Shown in pieces: positions 15,944 through 24,857 of a stretch of DNA of 26,956 bases. How positions within the stretch are numbered: position 1 is the first letter of the stretch; every line of letters starts with the position of its first letter. Source of the stretch: an uncultured bacterium. GTDB lineage: Bacteria; Planctomycetota; UBA8108. The notes beneath the pieces were generated by a model. It worked only from the letters and a program-made list of their open reading frames with translations. It was not told where the DNA came from and searched no databases. The stretch is taken from contig CAJWZY010000001.1 of NCBI GenBank assembly GCA_913050545.1, positions 1 through 26,956 on the forward strand. The letters run 5' to 3'. A program made the translations under genes and the position numbers.

Positions 15944-16703
15944 GCCTGAAGAGCCTGCGGGTATTTTCCGTTGCTGCGTTCTCTACCTCTGAGGCAGGTA
16001 AGTCGATGAGCCCGGCGAGGAAATCACGGGTCAGGGCCACGAAGGCCGGCTCGTTGCGCTCTCCCCTGTGCGGATGAGGGGGCAGGTAGGGGCTGTCGGT
16101 CTCCAGCAGCAGGCGGTTGAGCGGGACAGCTTTCGCGGCCTGTTGAAGGCGCTCAGCGTTTTTATAGGTAACGTTGCCGGCAAAGGAGATGTGGTAACCC
16201 AGGGCGAGCCCTCGTTCGGCCTCCCCGGGTCCGCCCTCGAAACAATGGAACACCCCGGGAGGGATTTCGCTTCGTTCCTCGAGGATTTTCAGCAGCTCCT
16301 CGATCGCATCCCGGCAGTGGAAAATTACCGGCAGGCCGACTTCCAGGGCGAGGTCAAGCTGGCAGTCGAGGACCTCGAGCTGCTTTTGCGGCGTGACGGT
16401 GTCCCAGTAATAATCCAGCCCGATTTCTCCTACAGCTACGGTTTGCTCCGGGTTGGCCGCAATGAGCTCACGAATACCTGCAAGGGCACCCTCGAGGTCT
16501 TCGACGGGTGACTGGGGGTGGATCCCGGCGCTTGCAAAGAAGCCTTCACGGTCCCGGGCCATGTTGATTGCGCTGGAGCTGGTCTCAACATCGATACCGA
16601 TATTGATAATGGAGCTGACCCCGGCTTCCTCTGCCCGCCGGATGACGGAATCCCGGTCTTCGTCGAATTGTTCAAGATATAGGTGGGCGTGGGAATCGAT
16701 CAT
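15933..16703 (-). CDS. tatD: TatD-family metal-dependent hydrolase (DNase)
   Basis: IDSHAHL, VGEIGLDYY, IFHCR, GVFHCF, LLLETDSPYL, RNEPA. Confidence 0.92.
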   Translation of the reverse strand: MIDSHAHLYLEQFDEDRDSVIRRAEEAGVSSIINIGIDVETSSSAINMARDREGFFASAGIHPQSPVEDLEGALAGIRELIAANPEQTVAVGEIGLDYYWDTVTPQKQLEVLDCQLDLALEVGLPVIFHCRDAIEELLKILEERSEIPPGVFHCFEGGPGEAERGLALGYHISFAGNVTYKNAERLQQAAKAVPLNRLLLETDSPYLPPHPHRGERNEPAFVALTRDFLAGLIDLPASEVENAATENTRRLFRLRA

Positions 16704-16739
16704 GTCACCTGCAGGGGGAGAAGGTAGCTCCCTTTATTC

Positions 16740-17876
16740 TCAGGGCTCGAGAAGCCATCCTTTTTCGCTGTGATAACCGGCCTTTCCGATCGATTTGCGC
16801 AGCCCTCTCAGGAAAGCCAGGGCGCCTTCCTTGCCCTTTCCGGGGGGATTGAGGGCGTAGAGCCCTGGATTGTCTTTCTCGGCAAAGAGGGCCGTCAGTG
16901 CGCGCTGAAAGAGGAGAGCATCTCCGTGGTATTCCAGCGAGAGCACCAGGAGCTCTCGCATGTTTTTTTTCGTTCCCCGGCTGGCCGACCAGGCCAGGTA
17001 GAAAACGCGGGGCGCGATGCTTCCATCTGAATCGAGTGCTGCCATGTCTGTTTCGTCGAAGCTGTCGAGGTGGGGGAGGAGATTCGAGACGAGGGCTGCC
17101 TTGTTCTTCGATTTTCCCAGCCTGGCGATCAGCAGGCGCCGCGTTCTTTTCAGCTCGGTTTCAGTTAAAACCCCGGTGTCGAGAAAACCCGCAAGCGCCT
17201 GGTAGTGCTGTTCGAGGGGAACCCGGGGGCGTTTCATCTCATCCAGGAGCGCTGCGGCAGCTTCTTCACGAAGGAATCTCACCAGCATTGGAGCCGTAGC
17301 CTTCACAGCAATCTCTTTCTCTCCCTTGTTACGCAGGTTGCAGGCAGCTTGCACCTGGCCGGCAGCGCCCGGCAATTCACCGATGGACAGGTCGATAATC
17401 CAGTCACTTTGCGGATGCAGCTGGTAAATCCTCCCGGGCAGTACCGCCTCGTTTTCCGGGGCAGCTGGGTTTTCTGCTGCGGTTGTCCTGGCTTGCTGGA
17501 GGGCAGAGAGCAGGGCAGTGAGCTCTTCGCGCGCTTTTGCTGGAGCCTTCTGCAGGGAAGAATTCATCGCTACGTGGCTAGGTGGGTTGCCGTCCTGGAA
17601 AAGACAACGGCTGGCGACAAAGGAGGCTCCAGCTGCCAGGTCGGTCAGGGGGCGGTTGCCGATTTTTCTGAAAACCTGCCCGGCGACAGGGTCTCCCTGT
17701 TCTGCTGCGGGGCGTTTACCTGTACCGGCGGGTGAGCCGCAGGAGGATAATACCGCCAGCAGCAACGGTGCCGAGGCCGCAAACAGGTGGAGGAAGAAAT
17801 TTTGTTTCTGTCGTTCGACCATCCGGATTTTTTCCAGCCTTTCTTGCAGGTGGATGACTCCAGCTCCCGACGACAT
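16740..17876 (-). CDS. Hypothetical lipoprotein
   Basis: Lipobox-like LLAVLSS|C after a hydrophobic stretch; start codon overlaps the nagB stop (TGATG). Confidence 0.6.
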   Translation of the reverse strand: MSSGAGVIHLQERLEKIRMVERQKQNFFLHLFAASAPLLLAVLSSCGSPAGTGKRPAAEQGDPVAGQVFRKIGNRPLTDLAAGASFVASRCLFQDGNPPSHVAMNSSLQKAPAKAREELTALLSALQQARTTAAENPAAPENEAVLPGRIYQLHPQSDWIIDLSIGELPGAAGQVQAACNLRNKGEKEIAVKATAPMLVRFLREEAAAALLDEMKRPRVPLEQHYQALAGFLDTGVLTETELKRTRRLLIARLGKSKNKAALVSNLLPHLDSFDETDMAALDSDGSIAPRVFYLAWSASRGTKKNMRELLVLSLEYHGDALLFQRALTALFAEKDNPGLYALNPPGKGKEGALAFLRGLRKSIGKAGYHSEKGWLLEP

Positions 17877-18667
17877 CAGATCGTATTTTCTTCCCGCATG
17901 CGGATCCCTTCCGCTCTTGATCTTCGGAAGTAATCGATCATTTCCAGCTGCGCTGCGGAATCTTCATCCAGGATGAAGGTGGTATCGGCGTGCATCTGCA
18001 AAGCACTGCCGGGCCAGAAACTGGAAATGGGTCCCTCGACGCTGGCCTTGACGGCTTCGGCTTTCTTCTCCCCATAGGCCTGGAGGAGGATGCTCCTGGC
18101 GTCGAGGATGGTTCCGATTCCCAGCGTGCTCGCAACCTGGGGTTGCTGTGCCGGGTCCTCGTAGAACCGCGAGTTGTCACGGAGTGTCTTTTCGGTAAGG
18201 GTCTTGATGCGGGTCCTGGAGGCCAGAGACGAGGTCGGTTCGTTGAAGCCAATGTGGCCGTTGGATCCGATTCCGAGCAGCTGGATGTCAATGCCGCCGG
18301 CCTGGCTGATTTCTTCCTCGTGCTGCAGGCACTTTTCAGCCAGGGCGGGGCCTTCGTTCGGAGGAAAGTGGATGTTTTCTCCGGCAATATTGATCCCCGA
18401 AAAGAGATGCTTCTGCATGAAGGTCCTGTAGCTCTGGGGGTGGCCCGCAGCAAGTTCGCAGTATTCATCGAGGTTGAAGGTCTGTACCGAGGAGAAATCG
18501 ACCCCGTCTTCCCGGTGGGCCGTGACCAGGCGCTCATAGACTCCGATGGGGGTCGACCCGGTAGCGAGTCCCAGCACGAGACCCGGCTTCCGGGAAAGGG
18601 CGTTGAGAATTTCCCTGGTGACGATTTCGGCGCCTTCACAGGCATCTTTACAGACTACGACTTGCAT
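17876..18667 (-). CDS. nagB: Glucosamine-6-phosphate deaminase
   Basis: LGLATGSTP, TFNLDEY, SYRTFM, QLLGIGSNGHIGFNEP, PGSALQMH. Confidence 0.95.
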   Translation of the reverse strand: MQVVVCKDACEGAEIVTREILNALSRKPGLVLGLATGSTPIGVYERLVTAHREDGVDFSSVQTFNLDEYCELAAGHPQSYRTFMQKHLFSGINIAGENIHFPPNEGPALAEKCLQHEEEISQAGGIDIQLLGIGSNGHIGFNEPTSSLASRTRIKTLTEKTLRDNSRFYEDPAQQPQVASTLGIGTILDARSILLQAYGEKKAEAVKASVEGPISSFWPGSALQMHADTTFILDEDSAAQLEMIDYFRRSRAEGIRMREENTI

Positions 18668-18827
18668 GGGTGTTTCTTACATCTCCCGGACAGATTGCTG
18701 GATAGATATCATATTAAACAGGAGGGAGGAACTCGTATTATGCAAACTGCGGCCCCTGCTGGCAATGGTTGAGGCTGGAGTTGACCGTGTCCGGGGCGGG
18801 AATTCCCATCCGGCTGGCGCCGAGTAT

Positions 18828-20399
18828 TCAGCGTTTTTTCCAGAAGGTTGGCAGCAGCAGGATCAGGAGGCTGTAGATCTCCAGGCGTCCCAGCAGCATA
18901 CAGAATGCGAGGGTGAGTTTTCCAAAGGGGTGGACAAAGGCGTAATTCTTGACGGGGCCTACGTTTGCCAATCCCGGGCCGATCGAATTGAGGGCGCTGA
19001 GGGAGGCGGAGGCAGCGGTATCAAGATCCATGCTCCATTTGCCGCCCTCAGGTACAGGGTTGGTGGGATTGTCGGGCATCTCGTGAGGAAGTGCACACAT
19101 GATGACTGTACAGAGAACCAGGGCCAGGATGTAGAGCGAGATGAACCCCATCACTCCCCAGATGATGGAGTCATCGATGGTTCTCTTGTCGACCGAGATT
19201 GGCTTGACGAGATTCGGTATCAGCAGGCGGCCGCATTCTCTCGCCATGTGCTTGAAGAGCACAAGGATCCGGATGACCTTCAGCCCGCCGGCGGTCGACC
19301 CGGCGCAGCCGCCGATGGCCATCATGATCAGGAGCAGCGACTTGGAGAAGAGAGGCCACTGGTCGAAATCCGCTGTGCCGAAACCTGTTGTCGTGAGGAT
19401 AGCCGCCACCTGGAAGCCGGCATAGCGCAGGGCCTGCATGAAGCCGGGTTCCACCGCCTGGCCCTTGGTTGTGTGGATGGCATCTTCTTCCCACCACAGG
19501 TTGAGGGTGATCAAGAGGGTGGCTGCCACGAGGATCAGGAAATAGATCCGCAGCTCGATGCTGTTCCACAGGCGCTTGAAATCGAGGTTCAGGAAGACCT
19601 TGTACTGAAGAGCGAAGTTCAGGCCGGCCAGGACCATGAAGAGGGTGATGATCGCTTCCACCCAGCCATTGTCGTAGCCGCCGATGCTCGCTCCGTTGGG
19701 GGAGAATCCACCTGTGGCGGTAGTGGCGAAGGCGTTATTGATCGCATCGAAGAAAGATAATCCGCCCGGGTACACCAGCAGGACGGTCTCCAGCCCTGTC
19801 AGGAGGGCGTAGAGCATCCAGAGCTTTCCGGCGGTTTCCCGGATCCGCGGGGCAAGTTTCTCTCCGCCCGAGAGTCCCGATGCCTCGGCTGAAAAGAGCT
19901 GCATTCCTCCCAACGCCAGCTCGGGAAGGATGGCTACCGAGAGCACAATGATTCCCATGCCGCCGATCCAGTGGCTCAATGATCTCCACAGGATAATGCT
20001 CCTGGGGGTGTTTTCAAAATCCGTAAGAACGGTGGCGCCTGTAGTCGTGAAGCCGGAGGCGGATTCAAATACTGCGCTTGCAAGATCCGGCGTTGCCTTG
20101 GTCAGGAGAAAGGGGATTGTTCCCCAGGCGATCATCAGGATCCAGGACAGGCCGACCAGCAGGAAGCCCTCTCTTCTTGAGAGACCGGGAAGATCCTCCA
20201 GCGCGTGATCCTTGAGGTATTTCTGCCGCAGGTAGAAGCCCAGGGAGCACATGATGGCCGCGGGCATGAGCCATGCCATCAGCATCTCCTGTCCGAGCTG
20301 CTTTTCGTAGATCAGCTCTACGAGAAGGGGGACCAGGAAGATGGAGCCGAAGGCTATGTGAAACTTGCTGAAGAATCTCAGCAGGTAGGGTGACCGCAT
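18828..20399 (-). CDS. trkH: Trk potassium uptake membrane protein
   Basis: Four P-loop filters: FESASGFTTTGAT, TTATGGFS, ILTTTGF, LNSIGPG. Also WIGGMGIIVL, GSTAGGLK, MLLGRLEI. Confidence 0.95.
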   Translation of the reverse strand: MRSPYLLRFFSKFHIAFGSIFLVPLLVELIYEKQLGQEMLMAWLMPAAIMCSLGFYLRQKYLKDHALEDLPGLSRREGFLLVGLSWILMIAWGTIPFLLTKATPDLASAVFESASGFTTTGATVLTDFENTPRSIILWRSLSHWIGGMGIIVLSVAILPELALGGMQLFSAEASGLSGGEKLAPRIRETAGKLWMLYALLTGLETVLLVYPGGLSFFDAINNAFATTATGGFSPNGASIGGYDNGWVEAIITLFMVLAGLNFALQYKVFLNLDFKRLWNSIELRIYFLILVAATLLITLNLWWEEDAIHTTKGQAVEPGFMQALRYAGFQVAAILTTTGFGTADFDQWPLFSKSLLLIMMAIGGCAGSTAGGLKVIRILVLFKHMARECGRLLIPNLVKPISVDKRTIDDSIIWGVMGFISLYILALVLCTVIMCALPHEMPDNPTNPVPEGGKWSMDLDTAASASLSALNSIGPGLANVGPVKNYAFVHPFGKLTLAFCMLLGRLEIYSLLILLLPTFWKKR

Positions 20400-20467
20400 T
20401 ATTTATTCTCCGGCGAACGCTCCCGGTTCAGATGGGAGCCCTGTTCTCGCCGCGACCATAATATCCC

Positions 20468-22006
20468 TTACTTGGAATCCGGGGCGAAGAGTTTCTCCAC
20501 GGTCTTGATATCCGTTGTTTTTACGCTGAGGATCACGTGATCACCCGGGTCGATGATCGTATCTCCACGCGGCAGCTCCGGTTCGCTGCTTTCTCCCCGC
20601 AGGATGGCGCCGATCATGGCTCCTTCGGGCAGTCGTTTCTGCTCGTTCAGCTCCGACATGGGCGTTCCGCAGACCTTGTCGTTTCCTTCCGGGGGGATCT
20701 TGAAATCGAGGATCTCTATTTCGTTGTCTCCCAGGACGATAGTGTCCTGCATGTTTTCAGTCAGGGTAACACGGCGAACCTCCTCGATAATCCGCTGGGC
20801 GAGAGCGCGCTGCGGGCTGATGAGGCTGTCGACCCCGGCCTGGTAGGCAATCGGGGCGTACTTGAAGTCATCTACCCGGCAGATCACCTGGCTTGCCTTG
20901 AGATGCTTGGCGTACATGCTGATGAGGAGCGCGGTCTCTTCCTGCTTCAGCAGGACGGCCACTGCATCTTTTCCCTCCTGTTCGACCTGTTCCCTGATGA
21001 TGTCGATCTTGGTGGCATCGTATTGCATGACATTGGCACGCTTGAACCGCGATGCGGCCCACTTGGCCCGCTCCGGATCGGACTCGATGATGGTCGGCGC
21101 GTAGCCGATCTCCTCGAGGTAGCGGGCGGTGTGGTAGCCGATCGTTCCACAGCCGACGATGAGTATCTGGTGAACTTCCTGCTTGGGGAATCCGAAGAAT
21201 TCGAGGTACTCGTCGACCTTCTCGTTCACCGTCAGGGTGAACACCTGGTCATTTTCTTTCAGCTCGGTATTGCCGTCGGGGATGATGAATTTTGATTCCC
21301 GCTGGATGGCGACCAGGTTCCCTGGCTCAGGGATCTTGTCCTTCAGGGCGCTCAGCTTCTGGTCGATTCCAGAGAAGTGGTCCTTGACGGAGTTCTCGAT
21401 GAGGACGAGCTTTCTACCGTGGAGGAATTGATGGGATGAGAGCCCCGGGCTCTTGATCATGTTGCCGATCTGTTGGGCGACCGTATCCTCGGTGCCGAGG
21501 GCGAGGTCGATCCCGAGATCCTTGGCGGCCCCTTCCTTTTCTTCTTCTTTCTCTTCTTCCAGCTCCTCTTCGGTCGCGGCCTCGGGTTTCTTTCTCTTGC
21601 GCTTCTTGTCCTTCTTCTTGTTGTCCTTCTTCTTGTTGTCTTTCTTTTTTTTCTTCTTCTTCCGGTCTTCCTCGGTGAGCTTGAAGTTCTCGTCCGAGTA
21701 GGTGCTGTCGCGCATCCCGGCGATCGTGATCGGGTTACCGAGCTTCTTCGCCGTCATGCAGCTGAGCATGTTCACCTCGTCGAGATTCGTGACGGAGATG
21801 AAAAAATCGGCATTGGCGATGCCGGCCTCTTCAAGGGCGCTGGTGCTCGAACCATTGCCATTGACGGCCGTGAGCCCTTCGAGCTTGTTCGCCTCATCGC
21901 AGGCAGATTCGCTGCTGTCAATAACGATGATCTGGTGGCCTTCTTCAGCCAGGATTCGTGCGAGGTAGATTCCTACCTCGCCGGCTCCGACGATGATTAC
22001 GTTCAC
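20468..22006 (-). CDS. trkA: Trk potassium uptake regulatory subunit with two RCK modules and a Lys/Glu-rich insertion
   Basis: IIVGAGEVG and ILIVGCGTIG nucleotide-binding motifs; DEVNMLSC; RCK-C segments (IPDGNTELKENDQV; LPRGDTIIDPGDHV). Start placed at GTG 22006 (after AGGAA) because family homology begins there. Confidence 0.92.
   Translation of the reverse strand: MNVIIVGAGEVGIYLARILAEEGHQIIVIDSSESACDEANKLEGLTAVNGNGSSTSALEEAGIANADFFISVTNLDEVNMLSCMTAKKLGNPITIAGMRDSTYSDENFKLTEEDRKKKKKKKDNKKKDNKKKDKKRKRKKPEAATEEELEEEKEEEKEGAAKDLGIDLALGTEDTVAQQIGNMIKSPGLSSHQFLHGRKLVLIENSVKDHFSGIDQKLSALKDKIPEPGNLVAIQRESKFIIPDGNTELKENDQVFTLTVNEKVDEYLEFFGFPKQEVHQILIVGCGTIGYHTARYLEEIGYAPTIIESDPERAKWAASRFKRANVMQYDATKIDIIREQVEQEGKDAVAVLLKQEETALLISMYAKHLKASQVICRVDDFKYAPIAYQAGVDSLISPQRALAQRIIEEVRRVTLTENMQDTIVLGDNEIEILDFKIPPEGNDKVCGTPMSELNEQKRLPEGAMIGAILRGESSEPELPRGDTIIDPGDHVILSVKTTDIKTVEKLFAPDSK
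21611..21640. repeat. Exact 15-bp tandem duplication within the TrkA insertion (DNKKK x2)
   Basis: cttcttcttgttgtc at 21611-21625 and 21626-21640, next to a T8 run at 21645-21652. Confidence 0.9.
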
Positions 22007-22225
22007 TTCCTGATTCGTCCTTGGGTTGATTCCTCTGCCCGTCGGCCAACTCCAGACGGGCAAGGATACAGAGACCTTTTGCTCCTGCCACATCAAAATA
22101 CAGGTCAGGAGACGATGTGCAAGAGTGCTCTCAAGAACCAAAAAAATTCATAAAACAGGGGTGATTGGTTTAGAATAGTTGACTCAAGTCCTTGCAGTTT
22201 AAATGGTTTGGAGATTCTCCGGGCG

Positions 22226-22588
22226 ATGGCAAAACTACTAATCATCCTGCTTTTATCGATCTTATTTATCAATACAGCGACCTTCCTGGTCGTTCTTTCC
22301 GATGATCCGGGGGCACAGGAGGCGCAGGAGGGCGAAGCGAAGCCCGATCCTGCCGCTGTGCTGAAGCCGGAAATTCAGAAGATAGGAAGCCAGGTGGGCT
22401 CAATGGGCAAGGAGCTGAGGGCGATATCGACCTCCCAGAAAAGCCAGCTGAGCGCGATCAGCAGGAAAGTGCAGAGCCTCGAGGCGGCGGTCAAGGCGCT
22501 CGCTGAACCGGTGGAGCAGGGGGAGCCTGCTGAAAATACCGGCGACCGGGAGTTCAAGGAATCGAGGGCTCCGGCGGATGGAAAGTAG
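22226..22588 (+). CDS. Small membrane-anchored coiled-coil hypothetical protein
   Basis: MAKLLIILLLSILFINTATFLVVL N-terminal TM followed by heptad-like IQKIGSQVGSMGKELRAISTSQ...VQSLEAAVKAL. Confidence 0.65.
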   Translation: MAKLLIILLLSILFINTATFLVVLSDDPGAQEAQEGEAKPDPAAVLKPEIQKIGSQVGSMGKELRAISTSQKSQLSAISRKVQSLEAAVKALAEPVEQGEPAENTGDREFKESRAPADGK

Positions 22589-22715
22589 TATCTGGCAGTG
22601 TGCCCGCCGGAGATCTTCCGGCAGGCTGCCAAGGGAGTACTCGAAACCCAGCGGCTCTTGCTTTAGTGTGGTGGGCCGGGTGAAGGAAAAAATAACCAAG
22701 CGGAGGGTGCCAGTG

Positions 22716-23693
22716 ATGAAGTCCAGTCTGAAGCCTGCCTTGATGCTGTTGAGCCTGGTGGCCGGGTTCCTGCCGGTTTGCGGTCCCCTCCTGTCACAGG
22801 ATGCCGCGCCAGCACAGAAGGAAGAGGCCGGCCCCGTTTTCAAAGCTGAAAAATACAAGGAGGCCTTCGATAAGGGGAAGGAAGAGTTCGCAGCCGGTGA
22901 TTACAAGGGTGCCGGCAAGTCCTTCAAGAAGGCCCTGAGCGGAGGCAAGGAGAAGGCTGACAAGGCCCTGGTGAACAAATGGGTCCTCGGCTGCAGGGGA
23001 GCGCCAACCCTGAAGAAGCTCCAGCTGATGCAGAAACGCAATCTCTGGAACGAAGCTTACGACCAGCTCGTCAATATCGCTCTTCCGCGTTATGGCGAGA
23101 CCCCGCTTAAAACTCAGCTGTACAGGCTCCATGCCGACCTCGATGGAGCCCTGTTTCAGCGGCTCGAGAATTTTAATTTCGCCAATAAGAGCCTCTTTTC
23201 CGCGAAGTATGGCAAGAGCTTCGTTAATGATCCCCGTTATTTCTGCCCGGTTGGAACCCAGTGCCTGCGCTGGGAAAATACAACCGATGGTAAGCCCGGC
23301 ATGCTGAAGCTTGTCAACGTACCGAAGGACTGGAGCCAGTTCCATTCGGTCGAGTTCTGGATGGCCCTCCAGGTTGCCGCCACTCCCGAGGTGGTCCTGA
23401 TGTCCTCTGGCACTGCCAAGAAGAAGGCTGGCGTGGCCCGGGCAGTCGTTCCGGCCGGCCAGGCTTTGCGTACCTTCCTGATGGGCAAGGTACCCCTGAA
23501 AAGGACCAAGGCCTGGCAATTGGTTCGGATCTCGATGGCTTCCTTTAAATCCCAGGGTGGTGGTACCCTTGAGGCGGTTACAGATTTCCGCCTCCAGGTT
23601 CCCGGGGGCAAGGCCTTTAATTTCCTGATCGACGAGATCCGGTTGCGGAGGAAGAATCCCAAGCCGGCGGCCGGAGGGGCGAGGAAGCGTTAA
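22716..23693 (+). CDS. Secreted protein with TPR-like helices and a C-terminal galactose-binding-like/CBM11-like beta-sandwich
   Basis: SD GGAGG 22702-22706 before ATG 22716; signal peptide. TPR-like AFDKGKEEFAAGDYKGAGKSFKKAL. CBM-like PKDWSQFHSVEFWM...WQLVRISMASF...FLIDEIRL. Confidence 0.65.
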   Translation: MKSSLKPALMLLSLVAGFLPVCGPLLSQDAAPAQKEEAGPVFKAEKYKEAFDKGKEEFAAGDYKGAGKSFKKALSGGKEKADKALVNKWVLGCRGAPTLKKLQLMQKRNLWNEAYDQLVNIALPRYGETPLKTQLYRLHADLDGALFQRLENFNFANKSLFSAKYGKSFVNDPRYFCPVGTQCLRWENTTDGKPGMLKLVNVPKDWSQFHSVEFWMALQVAATPEVVLMSSGTAKKKAGVARAVVPAGQALRTFLMGKVPLKRTKAWQLVRISMASFKSQGGGTLEAVTDFRLQVPGGKAFNFLIDEIRLRRKNPKPAAGGARKR

Positions 23694-23699
23694 CTGCCA

Positions 23700-24857
23700 G
23701 TGCCTGGGCGAGATACGGATTTACAGCATCTTGGGGAGGACAGGGAGAATTCGCCGGGGGCGATAGCGCCTCCGGTCTATCGCAGCTCCCTCTTTTCGTT
23801 CCCCGATTCCAGGAGCCTCGGAGAGGTGCTGCGTGGTGAAAAAGACGGCTACGTTTACACCCGTGTCGCCAATCCCACGATCGATGTTCTCGAGAAAAAG
23901 GTGGCGGCTCTCGAAGAGACCGAAGATTCCATCGCATTCTCTTCGGGAATGGCTGCGGTCAGTGCCGTGCTGTTCAGCCTCCTGCGCGCCGGTGACCACC
24001 TGGTCCTCTCTGCGAGCGCTTACGGTCCTACCCTGTCAATGGCGCGGGACCTCATCGAGCCGCTGGGGGTGGAGGTCAGCATGGTCAACCCCTCGGAGCT
24101 GGCGAGCCTTGGCGATCATCTCAGGGATAATACCCGCCTGGTCTACCTCGAGTCACCGGCCAGTCTCACCTTTGAGTTGACCGACCTGGCGGCAGTGGGA
24201 GAGGTTGCGCGTGCCCGCTCGATTCCCACCGTGGTGGACAATTCCTGGGCGACCCCCATCTACCAGAAGCCTGCCAGGTTCGGCATCGACCTGAGCCTGC
24301 ACTCGGGCACAAAATACCTGTCGGGACATTCCGATCTTCTGCTCGGGATGGTCGCCGGTAGCGGAGAGCTGCTGGAGCGGGTTCGGAAGACCGCTATCCT
24401 GCTGGGTGGATGTGTGTCGCCGGATGACGCCTTCCTCGCCACGCGTGGCCTGCGGACCCTCTCCCTGAGGATGCAGCGTCACCAGGACACCGGACTCTTT
24501 CTGAGCCACAGGCTCATGGACCATCCCCGGGTGCTGGAGGTTCTGCACCCGGCCAATCCCTTCTTCCCCGGCCACGCGATCTGGCGCGGCCATTTTGAAG
24601 GGGCGAGCGGGCTTTTCTCCTTCCTGCTCGACGGCGACCCTGAGCGCTTCTGTGACGCCCTCGAGCTTTTCCTCCTGGGGGTCTCCTGGGGGGGATTTGA
24701 AAGCCTGGCCCTGCCCTCCTCTATCCTTCCGGAGGTGGCCAGGGGGAAGGGGGTTCGGCTTGACCTGCCACGCAACCTTGTCAGGCTTTCGGCCGGGCTG
24801 GAAGACCCCGAGGATCTCTGGGAGGATCTCCTGCGCGGGTTCGCCGCTCTCGATTAA
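23700..24857 (+). CDS. metC: PLP-dependent Cys/Met metabolism enzyme (cystathionine beta-lyase/gamma-synthase family, MetC-like)
   Basis: APPVYRSSLF, YTRVANPT, FSSGMAAV, YLESPAS, VDNSWAT, SGTKYLSGHSD (PLP Lys), VSWGGFESL, VRLSAGLED. Family is certain; exact reaction is not. Confidence 0.75.
   Translation: MPGRDTDLQHLGEDRENSPGAIAPPVYRSSLFSFPDSRSLGEVLRGEKDGYVYTRVANPTIDVLEKKVAALEETEDSIAFSSGMAAVSAVLFSLLRAGDHLVLSASAYGPTLSMARDLIEPLGVEVSMVNPSELASLGDHLRDNTRLVYLESPASLTFELTDLAAVGEVARARSIPTVVDNSWATPIYQKPARFGIDLSLHSGTKYLSGHSDLLLGMVAGSGELLERVRKTAILLGGCVSPDDAFLATRGLRTLSLRMQRHQDTGLFLSHRLMDHPRVLEVLHPANPFFPGHAIWRGHFEGASGLFSFLLDGDPERFCDALELFLLGVSWGGFESLALPSSILPEVARGKGVRLDLPRNLVRLSAGLEDPEDLWEDLLRGFAALD

Noticed and set aside
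18546-19760. 404-aa + strand ORF, and many other long overlapping ORFs in the track (e.g. 5790-6515, 13024-13857, 15095-15874, 20537-21295, 25872-26666)
   Set aside because: They lie antisense to or out of frame with well-supported genes and have no motifs; typical shadow ORFs of GC-rich DNA.
6627-21680. Idea that His-rich and Lys/acidic tracts near the VTC gene are polyphosphate-modification targets
   Set aside because: The His tail has at most three consecutive His and is acidic, and the acidic/Lys tracts I checked do not reach the roughly 75% D/E/S content of PASK motifs. Only the TrkA poly-Lys loop is kept as speculation.
22007-22141. 45-aa N-terminal extension of TrkA in the ORF track
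   Set aside because: TrkA homology starts at V-N-V-I-I-V-G-A-G (GTG 22006); the extension lies in the AT-rich divergent intergenic region.
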